A stretch of DNA of 64,000 bases, from assembly GCA_934675625.1 (NCBI GenBank), contig CAKURH010000001.1, positions 474 to 64,473 of the forward strand, read 5' to 3'. The stretch is from an uncultured Kiritimatiellota bacterium. GTDB taxonomy: Bacteria > Verrucomicrobiota > Kiritimatiellia > RFP12 > UBA1067. Position numbers and translations under genes: made by a program. The notes under the pieces are model-generated. The model was given only the letters and a program-made list of their open reading frames with translations. It made no database searches and was not told the origin of the DNA. Position 1 is the stretch's first letter. Every line of letters begins with the position of its first letter. Of the stretch, positions 36,265 through 45,138 are shown piece after piece.

Positions 36265-37455
36265 ATGATGAAGTGCTTGCTCGGTCGGCTCAAGTTTTTG
36301 AACGCCATTCTCCTGATTGCAGCCCTCTGGGCGGCGCAAGGTTCGGGTGCTGCCGAGAAGACGAATGTCTTCTTCGTACATGGCGCAAACGTGAGTGAAC
36401 GTGAATCGCATATCTGGGCGTCGGTGATGTTCAAGCGGCTCTGGCAGTCGGGTGCGAATATGGAGTTCTGTCCCGTGGCGTGGGAGTCAGACATCGGCCC
36501 GGCCTACAACTATCATGTCAACGCCTCAAACGCCTTCGTCACCGCCCGTCGCCTCGCGTCGCTCATCAATGGTGCGTCAGGGCGCAAGGTGGTGATTGCG
36601 CACAGCCTTGGCACGATGGTTGTTGCGGCGGCCATTCAGGACTACGGTCTGCAGGTCGACAAGTTCATCATGCTCAATTCTGCGATTCCGTCAGAGGCGT
36701 TTGAACCGTCGTTGGCCGACTATTCGCCAGAGAACCATCTTGTTCATGCGGATTGGACAGATTATCCGTCTCGATGCTGGGTGGCGCGATGGCACGAATT
36801 CTTTGTCAAGGATCCGAATGATGCGCGCGCCAAGCTGACGTGGAAGGGGCGTTTTTCCAAGGTGAAGTCTGTTGCCGTCAACTTCTATTCATCGGGCGAT
36901 GAGGTTGAGGAAATCTACTTGGATAGCCAGAATCCGGCTTGGTATAATGGCGTCAGCCCGTCAGGCAATTGGGGTGATCGCTACTCGTGGCACAAGCAGG
37001 AGATTTGGAAGGGGCGCAAATCACTTCTCGGCTTCATGGGCACGACGGACTGGTCTGGTTGGGGGTTCCGAACAAAAGGCCTGTTGAATACGCGTGTGTG
37101 GTCTGTCGCTGATGCGAATGCCGTCACGGATTTTGCCGTTTTCAAAACAAACACCGTGTTTTCCCTTAGCCCAGGTTCCATCTCTGACGCAGAAAGCTCG
37201 CGTTTGATTATTGATGCACATTTGGCACAAGGAATTCCTGCACTGTCTCCACCGACGGGTCGAACGAACCTGACCGAATATGGGATTCCGTCTTTTGACT
37301 TGAACACGCCGGAGTTCATGTCGAGCAAGTGGCCTCGTTGCGAACCAGGAGACGAACTTTCCTTTCGGTGGCTTCATTCGGACGTCAAAAATGTTGCCTA
37401 TCATTACACGTACCCGCTTTTTCGGAAGATCGTTGAGATCGGAGGCTTGAAATGA
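36265..37455 (+). CDS. Exported alpha/beta-hydrolase, lipase/esterase-like (GxSxG = HSLGT)
   Basis: Signal peptide MMKCLLGRLKFLNAILLIAALWAAQG. VVIAHSLGTMVV nucleophile elbow. Intermediate GC. Confidence 0.6.
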   Translation: MMKCLLGRLKFLNAILLIAALWAAQGSGAAEKTNVFFVHGANVSERESHIWASVMFKRLWQSGANMEFCPVAWESDIGPAYNYHVNASNAFVTARRLASLINGASGRKVVIAHSLGTMVVAAAIQDYGLQVDKFIMLNSAIPSEAFEPSLADYSPENHLVHADWTDYPSRCWVARWHEFFVKDPNDARAKLTWKGRFSKVKSVAVNFYSSGDEVEEIYLDSQNPAWYNGVSPSGNWGDRYSWHKQEIWKGRKSLLGFMGTTDWSGWGFRTKGLLNTRVWSVADANAVTDFAVFKTNTVFSLSPGSISDAESSRLIIDAHLAQGIPALSPPTGRTNLTEYGIPSFDLNTPEFMSSKWPRCEPGDELSFRWLHSDVKNVAYHYTYPLFRKIVEIGGLK

Positions 37456-38378
37456 AATTGTTCGTTCAGATGTTATGCCTGACTGTGTGCGTGTGCCCAG
37501 TTCTTGCCTATGATCTGCTTCGCGAGGGCGCTGTTGCGGATGTTCGACTTCAGGTCTTAGACGATCAGGGGACTCCAGTCGAGGGGGCTTTGGCCACAAT
37601 TTGCTTTCAAAGGACATTCGAAAAGTCAGATGTCGTCACGTGTAAGACGGACAAAGACGGTACGTGTGCGGCAAAGCATAAGACAATCGGCGGCCTACGC
37701 GCTTATTTAGAAAAGGATGGCTATTATAAGACGTCCATTCAACCGTTATTTCGGCAATGGGAGTGGCGAAAAGCGCAAGAGACGCAGAAATGGTCGGCGT
37801 GTACGATGGAGTCGACGGTTTGTCTCAAAAAGAGGCGTATGCCTGTTCAGACGGCCTTCCACGCTGTCGATTTCAAGCCGTTCCCGGACACGAACGTTGT
37901 CGTGAAACTCGACTTGGAGACGTTGGCGTGGTGTCCGCCCTACGGAAACGGTCGCCACGACGATCTTCACCTTGTCTTTGACGGATGGCGCAATCCGAAC
38001 GACTGGGACGATTTCCACGAGCACCTGAAGGTCGAGATGCCGAATGGCGCGGATGGGTTCTATGTGGCGAAAACCGATCCGACGAGCGCGTTCAAGTACG
38101 CCTATGCGGCTGACACGAACGCAACGTACCGTAAGTCGTTCACGTTTCGCCATGTCCACAAGGCGGAGGGCATTACGGAGTCGAAGCGGCTTGCCGCCGA
38201 CGAGTATCTGATCTATCGCGTTCGGACGCAGACGAACGAGTTCGGTCAGGTGACACGGGCGCATTACGGGCGCATCGGAGAGAAATTCAGCCAGTACATC
38301 GGCCTCTCGATCAAGAGTTGGTTCAACTCGAACGAGAACGACACCAATCTGGAGGATGCGCGGCAGAGTGTGTGGTAG
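37452..38378 (+). CDS. Hypothetical exported protein, translationally coupled to the lipase-like gene; last gene of the low-GC island
   Basis: ATGA overlap. Signal peptide MKLFVQMLCLTVCVCPVLA. No recognisable domain. Confidence 0.5.
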   Translation: MKLFVQMLCLTVCVCPVLAYDLLREGAVADVRLQVLDDQGTPVEGALATICFQRTFEKSDVVTCKTDKDGTCAAKHKTIGGLRAYLEKDGYYKTSIQPLFRQWEWRKAQETQKWSACTMESTVCLKKRRMPVQTAFHAVDFKPFPDTNVVVKLDLETLAWCPPYGNGRHDDLHLVFDGWRNPNDWDDFHEHLKVEMPNGADGFYVAKTDPTSAFKYAYAADTNATYRKSFTFRHVHKAEGITESKRLAADEYLIYRVRTQTNEFGQVTRAHYGRIGEKFSQYIGLSIKSWFNSNENDTNLEDARQSVW

Positions 38379-38441
38379 CTGTTCGCACGTCATTGCCATG
38401 ACTATTAACCAACAACGAACGACACTAGGGAACAAACAACC

Positions 38442-40478
38442 ATGACAACATCCATGCTTCTCTGCGCGATTGCGCTTGTGTCCGATCCGCTGGCCGGACG
38501 GCTCTGCGGAACGGGGCCGACGCCGCCTGAAGGCTACTCGCCGCCGCTGATCTCGAACGGCGACCTCAACATGCTCGTCGAATGGACGGGCGGGCAAAGC
38601 GGCGCCGAATACAACAAGATGCTCACGACCGTCTACTGGCAGGGACGGCGCGGCCCCGCGCGTGATGCGGAGCTCTTCGCGTTCGGTCGCTTCAACCCGA
38701 CGCTGGCGATTGACGGCAACTTGGTCGGACTCCCGACGGCGTGGTCGCAGACGCTCGACATCCGCAAGGCGCTCGTCACGTGCGTGGGCGCGTTCGACGA
38801 GGGGCTGGAGGCGACGACCGAGATCTTCTGCGCGCTTGACCGCAACGTCGTCGCGATCCGCCGAACGGTCGCGAACACGGGCAGCAAGCCGATCAACCTG
38901 ACGCTCGACCTCGACTACACGATCGATCCGCACGGCCGCCTTGTCGGCGCGTGGACGAAGCAGGATCGCTACTTCGAGACCTCGCCCTACGTCCGCATGC
39001 GCGGCATCTGGGACGAGCCGAACACCGACGTCCGCCGCGTCTTCCACGGTCTCACCTACGGACAGAACGTGATTGGCTTCGACATCGCCGTGACGGCCTG
39101 TGACGGCGGGCTTATCCGCCGCGACGTCACGCTCGCGCCGGGCGCGAAGACGTCCCACGCCTGGTTCGTCACCTACTCCGACACGTTCGAGAAGACGCCG
39201 ACGGCGATTCCGCAGACCGACTGGGATGGCCTCTTTGCCATTCATGCGAAACTCTGGGCTGACTACTGGGCCGAGAGCTTCGTGCGCCTGCCGGACGCGA
39301 GACTCCAGCGCATGTACGACGTGCAGCAGTATCACCTCCGCTGCAACGCGACGCGCTGGGGTTTCCCGGTCGGCATCTTCCCGTTCCACTGGCAGGGCAA
39401 ATACTTTGGCTTCGACGAGATGTACATCCACGACGGCCTCGTCTCGTCCGGCCACTTTTCGGTCGCGCGGCGCTGCCCCGACTGGCGCTACGCCGTCATG
39501 CACCGCGCGCTCACGCGGCAGAGCCACTACACGCGGCGCGGCAAGTACGGCGCGCGGTGGCTCTGGATGTCGCTGGAGGAGGGCGACGTCGAGACGGCCG
39601 GCATCGGCTTCTGGATGGACCACATCTTCGCAATGGGCTCCATCGCCCGCAGCGCATGGACGCAGTACGCCTATTCGGGCGACCGGGACTACCTCGAAAA
39701 GGTCGGCTACCCGATCGTCCTCGAATGTGCGCGTTTCTACCGCAACAACTGGATTCTCGAAGGGCCGGACGGCGTTGCGTGGATCGGACGCTGCACCGAC
39801 CTCGAACGCCTCGGCCCGTCGAAGGACAAGGCGTTCCTCTCGACCTGCTCGGCGATCTACGCCCTGCGCGTCGCGGCGGACGCGGCGGACGTCCTCGGCG
39901 TCGACCGGGACGAGGCGGCGGACTTCCGCGCGACGGCGGATCGCCTCGTGAAGGGGTTGCCGACCGACCCGACGGGAACGCGCTACGTCGCCTACGAGAA
40001 CTGCACGGAGGAGTCGGTCGGCACGCTTGGCGGGCTCTATCCGTTCCCGATTTTCCCGCAGGGTGAGGTGCGCCAGACGAACGCGGCGTGGCATTTCATC
40101 AACGCGGGCAAGGCGGCGGGGAACATGTATCCGATGGGCAAGAGCGTCTGTCCGTGGTACGCGGCGAAGATGTCCGCCTCGATGACGGCGCTCGGCGACC
40201 GCACGGAGCCGGTGCGCTGGCTTCAGGAGGCGGCGGGGGCGATGGGCCCGTTCGGCGAGACGTGGGAGATCAACGAGCCGGGGCTGCGCATCCACCCGTG
40301 GTTCACGACGGCGAGCGGCAACTGCGTCTTTGCGGTGAACGAGATGCTCGTGCGCGGCACGGTGCCGAAGTCGTGGACGGACTACGCCTTCCGCCTACCC
40401 GACGGCCATGGCCGCTGGATCGACCGCGAAGTGAAGGGTGGGCGCATCGTCCGCAACGCGGTGACGGACGCATGGTGA
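38442..40478 (+). CDS. Putative (alpha/alpha)6-barrel glycoside hydrolase (678 aa)
   Basis: GC-rich again. Blocks typical of six-hairpin glycosidases (…FPFHWQGKYFGFDEMYIHDG…; …GFWMDHIFAMGSIARSAWTQYAYSGD…). The family cannot be assigned by eye. Confidence 0.55.
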   Translation: MTTSMLLCAIALVSDPLAGRLCGTGPTPPEGYSPPLISNGDLNMLVEWTGGQSGAEYNKMLTTVYWQGRRGPARDAELFAFGRFNPTLAIDGNLVGLPTAWSQTLDIRKALVTCVGAFDEGLEATTEIFCALDRNVVAIRRTVANTGSKPINLTLDLDYTIDPHGRLVGAWTKQDRYFETSPYVRMRGIWDEPNTDVRRVFHGLTYGQNVIGFDIAVTACDGGLIRRDVTLAPGAKTSHAWFVTYSDTFEKTPTAIPQTDWDGLFAIHAKLWADYWAESFVRLPDARLQRMYDVQQYHLRCNATRWGFPVGIFPFHWQGKYFGFDEMYIHDGLVSSGHFSVARRCPDWRYAVMHRALTRQSHYTRRGKYGARWLWMSLEEGDVETAGIGFWMDHIFAMGSIARSAWTQYAYSGDRDYLEKVGYPIVLECARFYRNNWILEGPDGVAWIGRCTDLERLGPSKDKAFLSTCSAIYALRVAADAADVLGVDRDEAADFRATADRLVKGLPTDPTGTRYVAYENCTEESVGTLGGLYPFPIFPQGEVRQTNAAWHFINAGKAAGNMYPMGKSVCPWYAAKMSASMTALGDRTEPVRWLQEAAGAMGPFGETWEINEPGLRIHPWFTTASGNCVFAVNEMLVRGTVPKSWTDYAFRLPDGHGRWIDREVKGGRIVRNAVTDAW

Positions 40479-40534
40479 CGGTCTGCGGCGGACGCACGGC
40501 GGCGGTGCGGCGTTTGCGGCGGACGGGCCACGTG

Positions 40535-40543
40535 TGGTATAAT
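40535..40543 (+). promoter_or_regulatory. Extended -10 box TGGTATAAT, 7 nt before the folC ATG (leaderless)
   Basis: cacgtgTGGTATAATccgcctgATG. Confidence 0.4.
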
Positions 40544-40550
40544 CCGCCTG

Positions 40551-41858
40551 ATGACAAAGTTGACAAACGATTCGTTTCTGTCCGAACTCGCGGCGCGTCG
40601 GCGCTTCGGCATGAAGCCGGGGCTCGGGACGATTGCCGCGCTCTGCCGGGCGCTGGACGACCCGCAGCGGCGGTTCAAGGCGATCCATGTCGCCGGCACG
40701 AACGGCAAGGGCGCCGTCTGCGCGATGCTCGACGCGGCATTGTGCGCATCTGCCGCCGTCGGCGCGGCCGGTGCCGTCGGCCGCTACACGTCGCCGCACC
40801 TCGTGCGCCTCAACGAGCGATTCTGCCTCGGCGGCGCACCGGTGGCGGACGCGACGCTCGAACGCCTCGCCCGCACGGTGAACGCGGCGGCCTCCCGTCT
40901 GCCGTCCGCTGACGAGCTGACGTTCTTCGAGGCCCTGACGGCGGTCGCATTCCTGCTCTTCGCCGAGGCGCGGGTGTCCTGTGCCGTCCTTGAATGTGGT
41001 CTCGGCGGGCGTCTGGACGCGACGAACGTCTGCGATCCCGCGCTCTGCGTCATCACGCGGATCGGGCTTGACCACTGCGACTGGCTGGGCGACACGGTCG
41101 AGCGGATTGCGGCGGAAAAGGCGGGGATCGTCAAGCCCGGTGTGCCGGTCGTCCTCGCGGCGAATGCGCCGTCGGTCGTCGAAGTCGTTCGCGAGGCCGC
41201 TCGCGCGAAAGGGGCTCCGTTCTTCTACGCGCCGGATCTCGCTTCGGACGCAGAGATTCCGGCGGACTTTTCGCTGCTGGGCGCGTTTAACCGGGAGAAC
41301 GCGGTCACGGCCCTCGCCGCGCTGAAGGTTCTGCATCGCGTCGCGAACGGGGGGGCGGCGACCGAAGCCTTCCGTCTGCCGCCCCACGCGTTCGCGCACG
41401 TCGTCTGGCCCGGACGCTTTCAGCGCGTCGGCTCGTTTCTCGTCGACGGCGCGCACAATCCGCCGGCGGCGCGCGCACTCGCGGCGTCCCTCGCGCCGCT
41501 GTTGCCGGACGCGTCGCGGCGTCTCAATCTTGTGTTCGGGGCCTGCGGCGACAAGGATGTCGCGGACGTCCTGCGTATCCTCTCGCCGTTCGTGCGGCGC
41601 GCCTTTGCCGTGCGCACGAACAATCCGCGTTCGCTCGCGGCGGAGGATCTCGCGGCGCGCATGCGCACGCTCGGTCTTGCGGCGACGCCGTGCGCCACGC
41701 TGCGGGAGACGCTGTCGCGCTGTGCGCCGCGCACGGCGCCGAACGTCTCGACGCTCGTCTGCGGCTCGCTTTTCCTCGCGGGGGAGGCCCTTGTCGAACT
41801 GGGGGCCTATCCGTGGTCGACGACGCGTTTCGATCCGTCCGAGCGACTGCGCGCGTAA
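40551..41858 (+). CDS. folC: Folylpolyglutamate synthase / dihydrofolate synthase (Mur-ligase family)
   Basis: HVAGTNGKGAV P-loop. MurC/FolC order of domains. 435 aa. Confidence 0.8.
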   Translation: MTKLTNDSFLSELAARRRFGMKPGLGTIAALCRALDDPQRRFKAIHVAGTNGKGAVCAMLDAALCASAAVGAAGAVGRYTSPHLVRLNERFCLGGAPVADATLERLARTVNAAASRLPSADELTFFEALTAVAFLLFAEARVSCAVLECGLGGRLDATNVCDPALCVITRIGLDHCDWLGDTVERIAAEKAGIVKPGVPVVLAANAPSVVEVVREAARAKGAPFFYAPDLASDAEIPADFSLLGAFNRENAVTALAALKVLHRVANGGAATEAFRLPPHAFAHVVWPGRFQRVGSFLVDGAHNPPAARALAASLAPLLPDASRRLNLVFGACGDKDVADVLRILSPFVRRAFAVRTNNPRSLAAEDLAARMRTLGLAATPCATLRETLSRCAPRTAPNVSTLVCGSLFLAGEALVELGAYPWSTTRFDPSERLRA

Positions 41859-42068
41859 TGCGTTGAGGCTTCGCGGCGGGGCTCTTTGGGCTTCCGCGCG
41901 CGGACGACGGCCGCCGCGCGCCGCGCCGCGACAGGTGTTAGCTTCTCTGATGCAAAAGTGGCCTGACGCAAAAAAGTGGCTGGCCAGTTTGGATTTTCGG
42001 ACGGATTTTTGCTATGCTACGAACCGTAGACGCGAACGTCTCGCGTAAACCCAACCGAGGAACAGGCC

Positions 42069-42548
42069 ATGACAAAGAGAAAAGCACGTAATGAAAAGCC
42101 GCAGGGGCGGCTAGTCGAGACAGGCGTCCGCCCGGCTGGCGTGGCTCTGCTGTCGTTGGCGTGCGCAGGTCTGCTCTCCGGCTTCGCGACAGGGGCTGAC
42201 CTCTCCCCTAGGGGGGGGGCGGCAGCGACGGCGGGCTCACGGCGGGGCGCGACGCGCGCACGTGGGGCAAGCCCGATCCGCGCCTCTTCGACGTCGTCCT
42301 GCCCGACTTCTTCGAGGTGGACTTCGTCCGCGTCTACGACGAGGGGCCGGACGGAACGGAAAATGAGAATTCTGTGCGGAACTAATCAAAAGGAGATCCA
42401 GACATGCAACTCACCACAATCTTGGCGGCTTCGGCCTTGCAGTTCGCGACCGGCATCACGACTGACCGTCCGGCGGGCGTCTTCATCGAGGGCGTCGGCG
42501 CGGCGTTCAGGACCGAGGGCGCGGCGGCGTTCACGCGCTGGACGGTGA
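42069..42548 (+). pseudogene. Small signal-peptide-bearing ORF interrupted by a G9 tract; in the sequenced state it runs into an Arg/Ser-rich out-of-frame tail. With G10 it would encode a 105-aa protein ending at 42385.
   Basis: MTKRKARNEK…VALLSLACAGLLSGFATGADLSPRGG-(G9). One extra G gives …KPDPRLFDVVLPDFFEVDFVRVYDEGPDGTENENSVRN*, which has strong GC3 bias and a stop just before the RBS of the next gene. Confidence 0.35.
42211..42219. repeat. Homopolymeric G9 tract inside the small ORF; candidate phase-variation or frameshift site
   Basis: ctctccccta-GGGGGGGGG-cggcagc. Confidence 0.55.
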
Positions 42549-44827
42549 CGGACTTCTTCGAGACGGAAGTCGCGTCCGGCGCGTGGCCGACGAACGGCGT
42601 TTCGCTCGTCCTGCCCGCGCTGGGGCCCGGCTACTACGAGCTGGACGCCGAAGGGGCGGACGGTGTGCGCGGTCACTTCGCGTTCACGGTGGTGCGCGAT
42701 CCGGCGACGCGACGACCGCCGGCCCCGGACTCGCCCTACGCGATGATGGCGGGCGGGAGCGCCTGGCCGAAGGGCGACCCGGAGAAGACGAACGCCGACC
42801 TCATGCGTCTCGCGGGGCAGGCCTCCGTGCGCAAGATCTACCGCTGGGAGCACATTGAGAAGGAGCCGGGCAAGTTCGAGCTTGTGCCGCACCGCGACTT
42901 CACGCAGACCTATGCCGCCGCCGGCGTCAAGGTCTGCGGCATGATCCACCGTCCGCCGAAATGGGCGGACACGGCCGTGGTCGTGCCGCGCAACCTGCGG
43001 CAGATGTACGCGTTCTGCCGCCGCCTTGAGCGCGAGTTGGGCGGCGCGATGTGCGCGTGGGAGATCTACAACGAGCAGGACCTTCCGCAGTCCGTGGGCG
43101 ACGGCTGCTGGAACTACACGGCGGCGCAAAAGGCGTCCTATCTCGGCTTCAAGTCGAAGAACGCCGAGCGGATCGTCTTCGGCGGGGCTCTCTGCCTCGA
43201 CGTGGGGCTCGGCTATGACAGCCTCTGGCTCGACAACGACGGCGCGTACTATTCGGACGGCCTCAACTACCACACCTACTTTCCGCTCGGCGCGAACGAC
43301 AAGTGGTTTGGCGAATGGCGTGACCTGCTTGCGAAGTACGGCATCATGAACTGGGCGACGTGGGTGACGGAAGACTGCACGAACCAGGAGGGGGACGCGC
43401 TCGTGGAGCGTCCCGGCACGCCGAACCGCGCGCACACGAAGGACCAGGAGCGTCTGCTGGCCGAGTTCTACGCGAAGGACCAGGTCTTCAAGCAGATGAA
43501 CGGCGTCAGCCGCTCGTACTTCTTCATCCTCGCGGCCTACAACGAGCGCGAGGGCCGCAAGGACTGGGGCATCTACCGCCGCGACGGGACGCTGAAGCCG
43601 TGTTATGCGGCGGCCGCGACGCTGACGGGCGAACTGGAGGGCGCGACGCTGCTGGGCGAGGTCGCGTTGCCGGACGCGCGGCTCAAGGGCTTTCTCTATG
43701 CCCAGCCGGACGGCCGGCGCACGCTCGTCTACTGGACGGTGACGGACTTTGAGCGCCAGGTCGAACGCGACAGGGCCTTTCAGGACGCGCCGCTGCAGGA
43801 TGTCGCGTTTGCGCTGCCTTTGCCGAAAGGCGACTACCGCGCGGTGCGGCTGACGGGCGACCGTCGCACCGTCTCCGTCACGGGAACGTCCGCCGCGCTT
43901 GTCGCGACGCGCTATCCGGCGTATCTGACGGGCCGCTTCGACCTGCCGGTCGTGCGCCGCGCCGTGCCGATGGGCAGGCTCGTCGCGCCGCGTCCGCCGG
44001 CGGGGACGGACCTCACGCTGATCGTGCGGGCGGACGGCGAGAGGGACGCGACGCGCATCGGTTCGAGCGGTCGGCGGCTGGACTTGCTGACGGAGACGCC
44101 GAACCTGACGATACAGGTCTGGAACCTCTCCCGTGACCGCAAGCGCGGGCGGCTCGTCTGGGACGGCGCGAAGCTGGAGGGCGTGCCGGAGGCGTTCGAC
44201 CTGCCGCCGGCGGGCTGTGCCGAGTTCACCGTGCGGCTCTCGCTTCTCGACCTGAAGTCAGGACAAGGGCGGCTCAACCTGCGGTGCGTGGCAGACAGCG
44301 GAAAATCGACGGCGTGCGTGATTCCGCTCTTCTCGGAATGGGCCTTTGCCCATGCCCGTACGCTGGAACCGTTCCTGCGGGCGAACGATCCGAAGGAATG
44401 GTACATGAACGGCAACGCCTCGAAGATGTCGGTGACGTGGGACGAGCGGGAGCAGGCGATCTGCCTCGCGGCGGACTGGACGGGCGACAAGGTGGACGGC
44501 AAGTGGTTCTTTCCCGGCATCAAGATGAACGGGCCGGAAGGGCCCGTGTCGTCCGTCTGCGGCCTCGTGTTCGAGACGAAGAGCGAGCAGGACAAGGTGG
44601 AGAACGACTGGAAGACGTCGCTCGTGCAGGTGATGGGCGGCAAGATCGGCGGCTACGCGAACTGGCTGCAGGTGCCGCCTCCGTCCAGCGTGTGGGAGTC
44701 GCGGCAGGTCAACCTCGTTCATGATCCGGACATCCGCGAAGGGGCGACGAGCCTCCAGTACGGCGGCATGCCGGGCGCGGGCAACAAGGTGCGGATCTGG
44801 ATCCGCAACATCCGTCTTGTGCGTTGA
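42404..44827 (+). CDS. Clan GH-A (GH5-like) glycoside hydrolase with extra C-terminal beta-sandwich domains (807 aa)
   Basis: RBS aaaaggagatccagacATG. …VRKIYRWEHIEKEPGKFEL… and CAWEIYNEQD (the NEP acid/base motif). Confidence 0.65.
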   Translation: MQLTTILAASALQFATGITTDRPAGVFIEGVGAAFRTEGAAAFTRWTVTDFFETEVASGAWPTNGVSLVLPALGPGYYELDAEGADGVRGHFAFTVVRDPATRRPPAPDSPYAMMAGGSAWPKGDPEKTNADLMRLAGQASVRKIYRWEHIEKEPGKFELVPHRDFTQTYAAAGVKVCGMIHRPPKWADTAVVVPRNLRQMYAFCRRLERELGGAMCAWEIYNEQDLPQSVGDGCWNYTAAQKASYLGFKSKNAERIVFGGALCLDVGLGYDSLWLDNDGAYYSDGLNYHTYFPLGANDKWFGEWRDLLAKYGIMNWATWVTEDCTNQEGDALVERPGTPNRAHTKDQERLLAEFYAKDQVFKQMNGVSRSYFFILAAYNEREGRKDWGIYRRDGTLKPCYAAAATLTGELEGATLLGEVALPDARLKGFLYAQPDGRRTLVYWTVTDFERQVERDRAFQDAPLQDVAFALPLPKGDYRAVRLTGDRRTVSVTGTSAALVATRYPAYLTGRFDLPVVRRAVPMGRLVAPRPPAGTDLTLIVRADGERDATRIGSSGRRLDLLTETPNLTIQVWNLSRDRKRGRLVWDGAKLEGVPEAFDLPPAGCAEFTVRLSLLDLKSGQGRLNLRCVADSGKSTACVIPLFSEWAFAHARTLEPFLRANDPKEWYMNGNASKMSVTWDEREQAICLAADWTGDKVDGKWFFPGIKMNGPEGPVSSVCGLVFETKSEQDKVENDWKTSLVQVMGGKIGGYANWLQVPPPSSVWESRQVNLVHDPDIREGATSLQYGGMPGAGNKVRIWIRNIRLVR

Positions 44828-44860
44828 CATTGAACATAATAAAGAGAAAGGAAGACAACA

Positions 44861-45121
44861 ATGAAACAGAAACAGGTTCTGAAATCAGAGAAATCCTGCG
44901 CAGGGCGGTTGTCTTGCGCCGTAGCCGCCGGCCTTGGCTGGGTCGGGCTTGCGGGTGCCGCCACGCTGTCGTGGGTTGACGTCTCGTTGGACATGACGCC
45001 TTCTTGTGCCGCGACGAGTGACGGCTCGCTTTCACTGGATGCCCGTTGGCAGTCGATTGCCGAGGGCGGCCCGATTGACATGGCGACGACACCGCGCGGA
45101 GCCGTGTTCATTATTCGCTGA
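44861..45121 (+). CDS. Small hypothetical protein (86 aa)
   Basis: RBS-like aaaggaag upstream and a hydrophobic N-terminal half; weak. Confidence 0.25.
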   Translation: MKQKQVLKSEKSCAGRLSCAVAAGLGWVGLAGAATLSWVDVSLDMTPSCAATSDGSLSLDARWQSIAEGGPIDMATTPRGAVFIIR

Positions 45122-45138
45122 CAGGAAAATAGAGAGGA

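Noticed and set aside
36937-36945. TGGTATAAT box inside the lipase-like gene
   Set aside because: It lies mid-gene and encodes PAWYNG, with no downstream start in sensible context. Probably coincidental.
41890-42060. Direct repeat gcaaaa(a)agtggc x2 and a possible small RNA in the folC-42069 spacer
   Set aside because: Only two short copies and no supporting structure or promoter that I can see. Noted but not scored.
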